Part shown: in pieces, positions 51,210-64,000 of the stretch
How the letters are laid out: the number at the start of each line of letters is the position of its first letter
Numbering within the stretch: the first letter of the stretch is position 1
Assembly: GCA_017499595.2 (NCBI GenBank)
Contig: CM038999.1
Span: 558,001 to 622,000 of the forward strand
Direction: 5' to 3'
DNA length: 64,000 nucleotides
Origin: Psilocybe cubensis
Taxonomy: Eukaryota
Made by a program: the position numbers and the translations under genes
The notes under the pieces: generated by a model
The model's database searches: none
What the model saw: only the letters and a program-made list of their open reading frames with translations
What the model was told of the DNA's origin: nothing

Positions 51210-54200
51210 ACACAATACGAACTAGTAACGAGGCTTTTTGGAAGGATGGGATCGTTCGAATTCTAACGAGAGTGAGCGTCACAACGTAAACAAGGCTTTA
51301 CGGACCACTTACTTGTGTTTTCAACCCTCTCCAACTTGACTTTGAGACCATTGGTGTATATCATATCTCTCATACTTGCACCGAGACGCATGAGCTCCTT
51401 TGGTGTCCCTAGATTATAGCATAGTCAGTGCCTGGTAGACATTGGGCGATGGTTCACTCACTTAATTGATCCGAGTATTCGTTGGTATTGTTACACTCAA
51501 CAAGGCAAATCACAGCTAGTTTAAGCATTGGCCGGGCTGGTATAGATGGTACACTTTGTCCGATTTCGTCGTTAATGAGTTTGTTGAGTTCACCATTACA
51601 AGCGCCCAGTACCTGGACTTTGAGGAGAGCTTCGGTACAAAAAGGGGCACCGTGTACTCCGTTGCTAGTCGCCTCCTGGGTGTATGACATGATTGTACGG
51701 GCATAATGGCGAATCATCATGTTATGAAATTGTTTTGCTGATGCTTTGGACCGCCTTTCCTGATTATCGCCATACGAATTGAGGTAATGAATCAATTTTG
51801 TGCGTTTGCACAGCCAATCTAGGATAACTATGGCTTGACCGCAAGCGAACATGCAAGCCTTACGCTGTTCGTCGTTCAGAGCATTAACATCCCACATGAT
51901 CCATTGAGTAAGTTGCTGCGGAGTTTTGGGACTCTGTATTTGGTCGGGGTTGCGATAAGTATCGTAATCGAGAACGTTCGCGAATAGCATGTAAATGCAT
52001 AAAGCCAGCATGTTCGTATATCCAGTCTGTGTATCACATAGTGGGATATGACCTTCATGTACATCTGTAGGCAGATTAAAGACAAAAAGGATATATATTG
52101 TAAGATATGAAAAAAGAACCATACCAGTCGGGTCCCTGTCACCTTCAATTAACGTCTTATAGAACCAATTCATGATCTGCTGCAAGAAGAACCGGGCCGT
52201 CGGTCGATTAGTGTTTGCTGCTTTATCTCCGGCAACGAAATTGTGAATGATTCCTGTCAGTGTGTTTTCTAGACAAGCAGAAGAGTAGAAGTGACCCCCT
52301 AGACAGATACTAGGGGAGATGGAATATATTATATACAGAGTGTTTGCTCTCATGAATCTGTTTCGGGTGCGTAGCGTTAATAATCAAACCCTCGAGGCTA
52401 TAACCAATAGATAATGTGTTCAATAATACTCACAGCTCTGATTGGGGATCAAGTACTATAGCTTCATATATCCAGTCGGTATGATGTTCTGGTGCGTCAT
52501 AATCTAGAAAGTCTCCCAAAAACAATCGTTGGTTGGAAGGAAGATCACGGTCGGGGTGCCTGGGTCGCATTGTAATGCACAGATTGAGTCCATGTGTAGG
52601 CTTAATGACAGTGCAGAACCCATTAGGACTGATACGTGCTTCTGAAAACGCGCCTTCTGTGGATACTAAACCCCATGATATATCACCAAAAGGCGGTGGA
52701 GTTTTGTACTTCCAGCTACCTGCTGTAGCACGCAGAGCATGTCCATCAGTGCTCAAATCGAAGGAATTAGCACCTGAAAATGGTAACGGGATGTTATGAG
52801 TATTCAGAATTTTGCCATGGTGATCCGGTGTTCGCGCTGCCTGAACAACCTGAAGGAGTGTTCCGCGTTTGATCCTGTCAGTACGGTGAGACGAATCCAC
52901 GGACAGATCTACAGACGATTAACGGAAAAGAAATCAGACACATGACAGCTCGACTTACCCTCGATCGATCGAGCAGACGTGATATCCCCTATATCGTGTC
53001 TTACGCTACGGTAAAAGAGGTTCGGGTCAGGATCCACGAAAGACGTATTGCGAAATATAACAATGTTTCGTTCAGCGAAGTCATCTAGGCTCGGTTGGGG
53101 ATGCCGATGATCACGATAATTGATTACCATAAAACACGATTCATCTGGGCGTGCTATATGCATTGGAAGTCCGTCAATGTAGTCAGCTTCGACCATAGCC
53201 AAGAATCTATGAATATTATCCAATTCGTCTTGACTCTGGAGTGGTATAAATTAAATATGAAATGAGAAAAATGTATGATGTCAACAACTTACATGAGCGA
53301 CTGGTCGAAAAGTTTTTTGGGTACCGATTGCATTGAAACAAACCCACTCCACTGTGCTCCAGAACTTCTTTGGTGTGCTGACAACATCAAGGTCGATTTT
53401 GGAATCAAATAAATCAACGTCGATGTAGTCGTTTTCGTCATTATCAGATGGACCACCTGATGAGTCCACTTCAGACGGCGAGATATTGACAGGTTTCCTG
53501 TTGCGTTTCTTTTTATTCTTTCTTTGATTAGCCTTTGGTGTCGTGGCTTTACCCGATGTTTGAGTATGTGATGATACGGGTATGTCCTTCGACGCGATGA
53601 CTTCGTTTGGCGAATGGTCTTTTTGTCCCTCGTTTTGCTCTTGATCTTGAACCACCTCTGACCCCCGGTCTTCCGATATACCCGATGGTTTGTCATGATC
53701 GAGACATCCTCCAACTCCGTGCTTAACTACGTTGGCCATTGAAGTTTCTGTCACATCGGCTTTTGAACCCGAACCATCCTCCATGTCGACGTCATTGTCG
53801 TTTCGATTCAGTTCGTCTGTCGAGATCCCATGAGTCTGTTTGTCGACGCTGTCGTTATCGCCATTATCCAGGGGCAGCTGTAAGGGCCGTGAAGTACATG
53901 ATGTATCTGTCAGACTCGGCTTGTCGATGACCATGGACATGTCGACTGGTTGTTGATCAGCCAGTGTATCGTCTTTCTCCACCTCAGGCTGTGTAATTCT
54001 TTCTATTGTCCTTGAATCCATGTCGCGATCGATGTATAGTTCGTCTGTCGGGAAGGGTTTCTCAGCAGTCACGGTTGGACGTTGACCCCCTGTCGCATCG
54101 TCCCTCTCCTCTTCATGCTGTGTATTCCTTTCACTTGTTTCCGAATCCAGTCTAGGATCGATGTGTAGGCCGTTTGCCAGCGAAGTCTTGTTGACGGATA

Positions 54201-56100
54201 CGGACATATTGTTTAGATATTGAGCTGCGGATGCGTTGTCGCTCTTCTTCTCATACTGAATTATACTGTATGTTTTTTCCGTTATTTCAGAGTTTGTTGC
54301 ATGATCGAAGGGTTTGTGGGTGGCCGTCAACGCGTGGTCTGGAGGTTGAGTGGTCGTCGTTTCATTGTACTCTTTAACTGGAACAAGTACCTTACCTAAT
54401 TTCCCCGGGTTTACTTCATGGTCGTCATCGCCTTCCGCATCTATATCCGAGTTATGACCAGCACTAGTAAGGTCGCGGGGGTGTATAGGTTGATGCTGGT
54501 TTACTTTGAAACGTATAAAACTCGTACACTTTACGTAGACCAGATTCTTTACGTACTAATTGATTCATTGCTCTCTGAATGATGCTCAGTATCATTGGTA
54601 TTGTTCTGTACCGTAGTATTGGCTGATGCATGTTCAATTTTGAGTCCAACTTGCTCGAGGGAGATTTAACATATATGTGACTTACGTCTGAAAAAGTTAT
54701 ACGCATGATCTTCTGGATTTATTTGCTCGCATTTCACCCAACATTTCGATGAAACAAGTTGTCGCAATTCTGAATATATATCACAATTTTGATTTGCGAT
54801 AATCCTCCAAATTTCCATTTCTAGTTCCAATAGAGCAGGAGGACGATGATTCCCGAGCGCTTTCGACGCCTACAACAACATCGTTAATCGAATATATATT
54901 ATGAGATCGCAGATTACACTGACTTTAAGCAATTGTTCCCGATCACATTTCCGGGAATACCACGATGTGTTTGAGAAAAGAAGAATGGGAGATATGAATA
55001 GAGCGATATGAAGTGGAATCTTTAAATGTGAGGGTGTAATCTCTGAGAGAAACGATGCGGCATCGGGATGACCGCTTGCACTAGAGTCTGTTTAGTAGCC
55101 TGGTTCAGTGAATGGTTTTAGTACTTACTAAAGATTGACAAAAGTACTCGTGTCAGTTGGGATGTCTGGCAGTACTACTTCGTCATCCTTAACACCGCGC
55201 ATTGCCAACAGGACTTGGTAATGCAATGAGGCACAGTACACATTTCCAACGATTTTCCCTAAAACGCTCTTAAAATGGTTGCGCGCTAGACATAATAAAA
55301 GTGTCGCTTCTGGGGATCCATCCTGGGCAAGCTGTGTAGAAGAAGCGTTGCTAATACTAGCCGTTGTCAGTCTCTTGTGGGCTTTAGGTTCTTCTCTGAT
55401 AATGCGCTTCTTGGCAGCGCGAAGTAGGCTAGGCCAATCCTTCAAATCGTCGATAATCTATCATTACTTTGGTAATTAATAACCCAAACATGTTTGATTT
55501 CATTGCGATGTACCTTGAGCCTGGAAAATGTTTCTGTTGTCACACTGCTAACCTGTGGCTCATTCCGAGGTACGGTGATAGATATCGACGGTCCGAAATA
55601 CTCTGGCTTCAGAGTTATGATATCGAGTAACCGGTATATCGCAAACAAGCTTCCCGTCTGCTCCCATACGGACGAGGTTACGCAGGGCGTCTCTGAGATG
55701 ATATCACGAAGGCCGGTCGAAGGTAGCCTGTACTGGATAGCTGCTCGCATACCCGATGAAGGAGCATCATATTTGCAAAATATCCAATCCTCGTATCGTC
55801 GGAGGAAGTGTATCATCCTCTATGTATGTATGAAAAGTTTTAGTCAGTGATATAAGTAACGAGAAGTGCATATGAGTTCTAAACGAACGTACACATAGTG
55901 GATGCGATCCCGTAAACAGTGCTTCCAACTTCTCCCAAAGGATTCGTGTTTCAAATGGGAAATTGGTAACCTCATCAGCATGAGTACGGGCATTCGGTGG
56001 CAGGGTCAAATGTTGCACTGGAAAACATGAATTTTTGAGACTTTGTGATTATTGGACACTTACTTTGTTGAGATGTTTCAAATCGACGAGGATTCTCAGA
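51210..56100 (-). CDS. Large multi-exon protein with acidic low-complexity linker and C-terminal JmjC-like domain lacking Fe ligands (integrity uncertain)
   Basis: WGLVSTEGAFSEARISPNGFCTVI..YEAIVLDPQSEL|FMRANTLYIIYSISPSICLGGHFY vs the family pattern WGLxxTxGAxxxxHxDxxG..EAVxL..MRPxxxHxVxT..CxGGHFY. Ends are approximate. Confidence 0.65.
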
Positions 56101-58233
56101 AAATTTGTAATGTTTCACGTCAAATGTGTTGACTAGAACGTGTATACACAACAACGAGTTGTACTACTTTTCCGATGTTACTGTGTTTGGCGTAGAAAAT
56201 CTCATTAGGATAACACACACGCGACAAAGAGTGAAGAAATCAAAATGTCTTTTTTCTTGTTTTAGATTACTATAGGGCAGGTTCCTTGTCAACAGTCACG
56301 GGACGTTCAAAGTACAATGTGACGTCATCGGCTATATCAATTCTTATTCTTATTGCGACTGGTGATAGCAACGCTGGCCGAGCGCAAGGAAAAGTACGTG
56401 TCTGAAAAAGACGGAATTGACGATAATTATAAGTATACAATATACTCTTTTTCGATGGCTTTGATGGCCCAAGATTTTCTACTAATACTTTATTTATACT
56501 TACTTCAAGTTGTCTTATACGGAGTTTGACGTCTCGTTGTAACTTCGTCCAGTGCATAGAAATACCATTAACAATTGGATAAAGTCGCAGAGTGGATAGA
56601 TATTGCATGAGTGTTGAATATTAATCTAACATAACACCAATCAAAGAGTTCTCCGAGACTGTTCAGTGTACTAATCCGTGTATACATAATATATGTTCGT
56701 GAATGAAGCTATCTATGTCCGGCTATAAGTTTTGATAAATGGGTCAAATGGTATATCAAAGTCCCTCGTTCCATAGCACTGGTTTACCGATTTACATTTT
56801 ATAGTCGTAGGATGGCCTGACTACAGAAAAATAGCATAGACATTCCGTGAATTACTCAAGTCACGAGGAGCCTCGAAAATCACCCACTTACATCAGCAGA
56901 CATGTTTGGTTTGATGCGTTCCCAGGACCTATGGCCTTGCTGTAAAGGCTACCCACTGTCTTAATTAAGGATGTTATGACTAGAACTTTGAAATAATTCA
57001 ATTTGAGTTAAACGCTTTATCTTTCGGTCAGTTTTGTACAGTATCACGGATTATGTAGTGACAATCCAACAAAACATATATTTTTTTATTAGCAGAGAAT
57101 TTTACTAGGTTTGAACCTGGCGTCATAAAATGATAACAGGTGGGTCCGTGGTGATACTCGGTGTAATCTGCTTCCTTTTCAGTATCCGAGTCGCATCTAA
57201 AACAGTTCAATTCACACGGAAGCTACATCGCCTATGGCGTAATATACAACCTACCAAGAATTGTCCTTTAAACGCAACGCGGAAAAACCGTTTTGCAGTT
57301 ATAAACAACATACTCAGAACTAGAGTGTTTATTAAACTGACATGCCTCGTTGTCTAATTCCATTCTACCTAAAGACAAATATGAACAATTATGGCTCTAG
57401 CACCACACCACGATACGTGGTTCTCATTGCACAACGGAATACCTCTGCTTAGAAAAAGAAGTGTGATGCTAATAAGGACTAAGGTGTACTGCATTATTTA
57501 AGTTTTTTTTTTTACCCTCGATTGTGATGAGGTACAACCCCGTAAATGGAGATAATAATGTATGGTGACTCGTGAGAGAAAATGATTCATTAGAAGACGC
57601 ATACAAGTGTGTTTTACCGTGAGGTCGTCGACACCTACAATAAATATTAATCAACAACAAACGTTGTATCCGATTACTTCCAACTCAATCACTCGTGGAT
57701 CAATTGTGGATACGCGCACACCTCCCTGTCTACACATTTGTTTGTGTTGCTATACCTCACTTTAACACAGTTACAAAAGTCTATTGTTTGGCATATATAT
57801 GCATACTATAGCCTCTTACTCAGAAAATCTGTGACCTGTAAAAACTGGACATAACCATCGGTTAGTATTATATTAATTCTCAATTTTGCTGTCAGAAAGA
57901 TATGCAGATTCGTAAACATTATAGCATCTAACAATAATGTGACTATTGCTAATATAATTCTATCTTATAGAAACATGCATTCATGTAATGCGACCCAACG
58001 CACAATAGAAACAATTTTCATCAATCAGCTTAGGAGAATTTGACCTATTATCCATGGAGATATTATGCCTGGATTACTATCGGAGACATTGTTGACAACT
58101 ACTACCTATGTCATTTTCTGCACTAAGCCATTTAGTTACATGTGTCATGTAAACCAAATAATACCGGTAAACATCCGTTATAATCGTAAATCTAGAAGTA
58201 TTTAAACAAATCTGTGAAGAACGTCCAATAATA

Positions 58234-58800
58234 TTGGGAAAACCAGCTATAAGCTCCTCTTCAGCGCATCTAAAATCTCTTCTAATGAAGTTACAATCTT
58301 GCTTCTTTCTTTCTGCAGAAGACACAGACACCTCCCATGCTTTTACCCAAACAAACCAATCATCATTTACTCTCAATGCCCCGAAAAACGTCTTCAAAAA
58401 TTTGTTAAACTTATTGAAAGTGGCTAGCAAGTTATCCAAGCAAAAGACGTCTGCCACTGGCATCTGTAACTTGGTCTCAATTCAACAACTGCAAAGTGCT
58501 CAAAACTCACTTGAAATTCACAACTTTGTATCACCGTCTACTGCTGGACACACGCACCTTTTTGATCGACATCCTTTCGTTGCTGAGCCGTGGTGGAAAA
58601 TACAAGAGAACGACTATCTTCATCTAGCAGACGACTCTCTTGTTGTGGAGTTAGGGTCGGGTACAACTAGTAAGTCTGTCTTGTTTTATTGTGGCCCGTT
58701 TAAGCGTACTGACAACCTGTTTATCCGATTTTTCTAGAGATTCATCTCGAGTATCTTCGAAATTGATCAATTTTAATCAACAACCACGCATACTTGGCTT
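58234..58800 (+). pseudogene. Unknown-function gene family member (VAEPWWK..LGSGTT|KIHLE), degraded. Paralog of 6450-7092
   Basis: VAEPWWKIQENDYLHLADDSLVVELGSGTT|gtaagt..ag|IHLEYLRN*, with the same intron position as the paralog. Confidence 0.5.
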
Positions 58801-59859
58801 TTTGATATTAACTTTACTTGTTATCTTACTTACTTTTCGACATTCCTTTTATGTATGGTAGCACTACAAAACTGTGTACCCTCCACTGTCCTTAAATATC
58901 ATAAATGTTTAACCACGTCTATTCAACAAAAACAACGGTCTGTAGACTATGAGACCAGGGGAAGCTCTCCACTTGCGGGGCACTGTGGATTCAAGGAGAA
59001 AATTTGCATCAAATAAGTCGCGCTTCCAAATTTGGACCAAAGTTTATTCCCGGGAAGGGCATAAGAGCGTTTTGAGTGCCAAAAACAGATACACTAGTAT
59101 AAAAAAGACTATAAGAAACAGGCTTAGAAAGCTGTAGAATTTTTTTGTGTCTTTTTTTCTCCTTTTGGTTCTGTGGGTGAGAAAGTGACCTACATGGGAA
59201 GGTCAGCACGGGGCAGGTTGCGCCGGGAGCTCCCTGACTGTCCGGTTTCACGGATTTGAGACAAAAATTTTGGGTCCGGCGGGTGATGCTTCTAGGGTGG
59301 CTTCCCAGGGCCTTAACTATTGAGGGATGACTTGTCAAACTAGTCACTGTCCATGTCATCTTATGAGTCTATACAACATGACCAGAGGGAATGGTTGGGA
59401 AGTGTTTCGCACAAGAGCTTCGTGAGAATCACTGGTGCGTATCATGTCCGGAACTGTATGTAGTAACAAACTGTTCATAGTGCCATCACATTCTTGTGTC
59501 TTCTCCTATCTGGATTCTGTTACTCTTAGTTACTCTATGTCAAACCCGTTCTTGTTTCTTTTTCGTGTCTTATTACTCTTTTTCACATTGATATGTTGTA
59601 ACGTCGTGTCTTGTTGTTGTGATTACTTCATCATCCTCTTTTACATTACTACGTTGCTATAACGCCTTGCAATACCATGGTATTGGTTATTCCACAGGTA
59701 AAGCACTGGCATAATCGAGGAGAATTAAACTGATTTGATTCAAGTTTTATAGCCTAGTATTCTTCTCAATTTTCCTGTTTGTGGGTCCTGATCCGCGTTT
59801 CTGAAATTTAATCATTGGATTGAGATTATATCGTCCACCTCAAATGATATACTAAACAT

Positions 59860-60042
59860 TCAATTTGTGTCTCCTTTGTGTTTATTGACGTCTGGTACAG
59901 TAAAGTATTGAAGTCTGAGAATATCTGCTGATCCTAGTCTGTCGCGTGGATCGAGACGGGTCATATTCTCAATTACATCGTGTAGTTTGTCGTCTTCGAT
60001 TAATCCCTGATGTTCGAAAACGTATTCAGATGTACCCCGTTT

Positions 60043-60073
<31 letters not shown>

Positions 60074-61344
60074 GATAAATATACCTTACCCTTAATGAAT
60101 TGGAATCGTCTCCAATGTCTCTAATCGATTCTGAGATACAAGGGGATGTATCGTGAGGTGCTGGATCAGAGTATCTGAATATGTTACTGTATGATATCCT
60201 TATCTGTGTCATGAGACCGCTTGGGAAGGGTCCTAGGATAGCGTCGTATAGAAGGGTCTTGTTGTGCTTATAATGCGATGACCTGGCACAAGGAGGGAAA
60301 AGGGATGTGCGGGTGAATATCTCAGTTATTACGCAACCCAACGAGAAGATGTCACTAGGTTTGCCTATCGTCATATCTAGTAAATTTCACGAAATCAGTG
60401 AATAATCACGCCTCATAATTATGTATAATTAGCACTATAGACCATTTCCGGTGGTGCGTATTGTTCTGTGAGGTTTGATAGATGTGTCTCCGGAGTAGTG
60501 TATCCATAAAACGAAAGTCGTATTTTAGTTGTCACCAGTACTCTCTAGTCGTCGACAATCGACAATGAATTGTAGGTTTGCTTTTGTAGGATACGACTTA
60601 CTCGTGTATTGAATTGACCGACAAAATCATACCATGCTTCCTCGGTTACATTGCTATTGACGAATTCGATGTTTTCGGGTGTTATGTCTCTGTGTGCGAT
60701 GCTGTGCGTATGGATGCCTAATGAATCTTTAGTTTGTGAATGGTACATCATTGAGTTCTTAACAACTTTCGATTGCCTGTAACAGTTGGAAGGTGATCTC
60801 CTTTTTGTGTCGTTTGGATAAGTAAATCTCCGAGTCTGACAAGATATCCCGCAGTGTTCTTGTCGGTGCCTCGAATACCAGATAATAGTAAATTTTATCA
60901 CGATAGTCTTCGATTAAACTAGATAATCTAAGAGATATTCAATTTGTGTGAGATACAGAATATTGTCATGTTCACTTACTTTCCGTTGCTTTCTCATACG
61001 CTTTGGAACCAATGGCATTCGGTGGCCATTCCTATGTCCGAGACTCTGGACCGGCACACTGTTTTAATTATTTTGATCGTTCTGTCCGCATTCTCCTTTG
61101 CCTGTACCAGTTGGAATGGTCTGCCTTCCCTTAGTATCTGTTTTACTGTATTTGAATAACACAGTATCAGATTCGATAATACATGTTACATTTCCAGTTG
61201 AAATTCGTGGTACTTACACCGACCACATAGAACTTTATTCTGTGTGAACCTGTATTTATCGGTTTTAAGTAGTACATCTCAACGATTCTCTGGTTGCGAT
61301 ACATACCTTGGAGGAGCGTTGACAGTCCATAGTATTTCTGGCAT
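59860..61344 (-). CDS. LAMMER/CLK-derived pseudokinase (multi-exon, start approximate)
   Basis: IAHRDITPENIEFV, TKIRLSFYG (DFG Asp lost), YAPPEM, KPSDIFSLGCVITEIFT..LFP, ILGPFP and MTRLDPRDRL..LRLQYF..TGA (59860-59862). Confidence 0.75.
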
Positions 61345-62071
61345 AGATACTCTTTTGTGTAATATGCAAGTCACGATGGGTACATCCTGATGTTATATAC
61401 TTTCAAAATTGTTTATCGAGCTCAGATGAACACTGATAGGTAATTAATATCGTCCTGATATGATGCTTCAGAGTTCGTAATGCATACGCGACTTTCTTGG
61501 CTTTATGCTCGTATGTCACGAAACACTGTAGTAAGTTAGGATGGGATATAGTTCATTTGAACGTATTACATGATAGAGATTAGTTGATATGGAGCTGACA
61601 TTTAAAAGTGACGTACACTAGAAGTAAACGATATCACAACAGATGTGATATCAGCGTGACAATCCGGTTGGTGACTGAGTCGCAAAAATACACCGAATAT
61701 CGATGATTGAAAGTACATGTACGATAGTGTATGACCTTACAAAATCTTCGTATAGTGATCTATATAAACACAAATACAGTTATGTAGTACGGTGGTAATT
61801 TTGCTTGTGATTTGCCATGCTCTTCTGTTCTGGTAAGGCAGGATTGACTTCACGCTCTAGTGATCGTCCCTTGACTAAATCAAATTTACAAATCTGATGT
61901 GCGACTCGTAACATCGGTCACGGGTTGATTTGACATATAGTCATCAAGGTGACGTGTTTAACTGTTGGTGTGACCGATGAAGTAAAAATGTCCTGTGGTT
62001 ATAATGACAGAAGTTTTCTGGGAAGAAGTATAAATTAACAGTTTTCTGATTATCCTACATTTTCGCGTGGT

Positions 62072-63531
62072 ATGGGCGATACACAATCATCCGGTGGTTC
62101 TGAAAGATTCGTGTATGTATTTCAATGTTTATCGTTTATGTATCTGATCTAGTTTTAGATCGGCGAATGTCCAACTGAACGATGTGATAGCAGACAACTG
62201 TAAGTTACTGCTTTTTCTGTATAGTGTCGTCGTCACCTGAATTTTTTTACGAGATGTTGCTATTAAGTTAATAAATTCCGGGTCCTCTGGAGAGGTATGG
62301 CAATGTGAAAGTAGAAGCTGTGACCGTGTCGTTGCGATCAAAGTTATGTACACTGTTGGTGAGAGTGTACGTGCTGTACGCGCTGCGCACGTCTCTGCGT
62401 TGGTAAAAGATTCTTCGTCTCTCGATGCCGGGTAATTTTTACTTTGTCTTTGAGTTGATTGGGTTACTTACTACAAGTCAGTTTTATTTGTGGCTTAACG
62501 GATACTATCATTCACCTTCGTCATCCGTGTCTCGTATTCAATCTGTATGGTATGAACATCAAGGAAACGATAACACGGGAAAGTGTACTTCCCCTCCCCC
62601 TGTTCCAAATCAAAGCTATAATGTGGCAGGTCTGTAATGGCATTGCATGTGGGTATTTTCGGTTTTGTGATGAGACTGTTACTCAAGATGTTGATGTTCG
62701 TGTATATACAGTTCTACATAATACGTTGGATATAGCGCATACGGATATTAAGCCCGAAAATATAGTTCTTGTTGACGATCAAATGACAGTTGTTACCGAT
62801 ATTAGTCCAGACGGTGCTTTTTATAATAAAGTGCGTTTCCCTTTTTGTTGGTTAGGTCGGCTACCGTGCTTAGATGTGAAGAGCGTCTTGTCTAACATAC
62901 AGATCAAGATAATCGATCTTGAGGATTCTGTCACAGGCCCTCGTAACATTCATTTTGTTCCTGGTACAATTGGTTATCGTGCACCAGAAGTATATGGTGG
63001 TGAGTGCAGTTTTCATGTATAATCCTTACATTCTCAATATTTATATTGCTACAGGTGTTGGCTGGAGCTTCCCTGTGGACGTCTTTGCAATTGGCTGCTT
63101 AACATTTGAAATTTTCACTGGTTTGTCATTGTTTCCGAAGACCGATGATATTCGGGAGTATTTTTTCTGTCTGGAGAGGCTTGCGGGGCAATTTACCCCG
63201 AGTCAAGCTCAGGATGTTAGCGATATGCACCCTGCAGTATTCCGTACTAAAACCAAGGTTCCGAAGGTCCGTGGTGCTGCGATCAATACCAAAGTTCGCA
63301 ACAAGTTGTTGCGGCATGTGGCAGACGTCAAATGGTTCAAAGTGTGTTACCTCAAGTGTTAGTATATTGTTATTCGCATTTAATTGTATGTGTCAGAAAT
63401 CAATCAACCAATCAGACGCGATAGAGTTCATTTCTATGTGTACCGCAGTTGACCCTCACCGCAGACTCACTATCGAGTCAGCTCTCCGTCATCGGTTCTT
63501 CGTAAAATTTTATCGCGTTAAGTTGACCTAG
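62072..63531 (+). CDS. Divergent LAMMER/CLK-derived protein kinase, copy B (complete, multi-exon)
   Basis: TATAAA at ~62029. INSGSSGEVW..VVAIKVM, HPCLVFNLYGMN, HTDIKPEN, IIDLEDS, GTIGYRAPEV, GWSFPVDVFAIGC, EYFFCLERL and VDPHRRLTIESALRHRFF. Confidence 0.85.
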
Positions 63532-63532
63532 A

Positions 63533-64000
63533 CTACTTCCCTGATGTATATAACCTAAATGGTAACATTTCGTTGTCTTCTACAGTATACTCCTGTCTTC
63601 TTTTTCTCGTTGTCATTTTTCTGGATTTTTGATACTGTTTGCGTGTCGTGTTAATGAATTCTATGACTTTGGTTGGCTCTCCAGAATTAGTCGATTTATT
63701 GGTCTCTACTTGGTTTTTGTCTGGTTCTATTTGCGTTCAATTCTGCGTATGGTTTGGTGTATTACTGTTTTACGTACCTCGCTTTTCTGAATCTGAAACG
63801 GTGCTCTGTGGAATCCTTTCTGGTTTATCAAAGACACTACTCGATGACTCGGGATTTATGTACGGTACACGTAAAACGTTTGCGGTAGATTGGATGTATT
63901 CCGATCTTCTGGTCGACTTGGTATCAATTCGGTCCTGCACTGTCTTTGTGTTTTCTCCGCCCTCTGGATATTTCTCACATGAGCAGCATGAACGACCTTA
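63533..64000 (-). CDS. Hypothetical basic protein convergent with kinase B (5' part outside window)
   Basis: ..PERIPQSTVSDSEKR|gtacgt..ag|EPDKNQ..QYQKSRKMTTRKRRQEYTVEDNEMLPFRLYTSGK*, homologous to 920-1393. Confidence 0.65.

Overview
Intron-rich fungal nuclear DNA, most likely from an Agaricomycete (mushroom-type basidiomycete), judged from short GT..AG introns and the gene families. The window is an accessory, transposon-rich region. Its main content is a cluster of highly diverged, intron-retaining paralogs of core host regulators, most of which have lost catalytic residues. These are two ribonucleotide reductase small-subunit (RNR2/R2) homologs lacking iron ligands and the radical Tyr, a Cdt2/DTL-like WD40 protein, three LAMMER/CLK-derived kinases or pseudokinases, a JmjC-like protein without its Fe ligands, three F-box proteins and a GRF-type Zn-finger protein. 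A kinase plus convergent partner gene pair (stop codons 1 nt apart) recurs in direct orientation 62.6 kb apart at both window ends, suggesting a large repeated unit. Interspersed mobile DNA includes two solo LTRs with TSDs, a 346-bp CAC..GTG MITE, a 2.8-kb foldback element with ~0.9-kb TIRs, and a 1.7-kb TIR element with an 8-bp TSD inside a RecQ pseudogene. There are also Pif1/Helitron, DIRS/Ngaro and KDZ-like remnants and a truncated carboxylesterase gene. All family assignments come from motif recognition by eye, without database searches, and exon boundaries are manual predictions.
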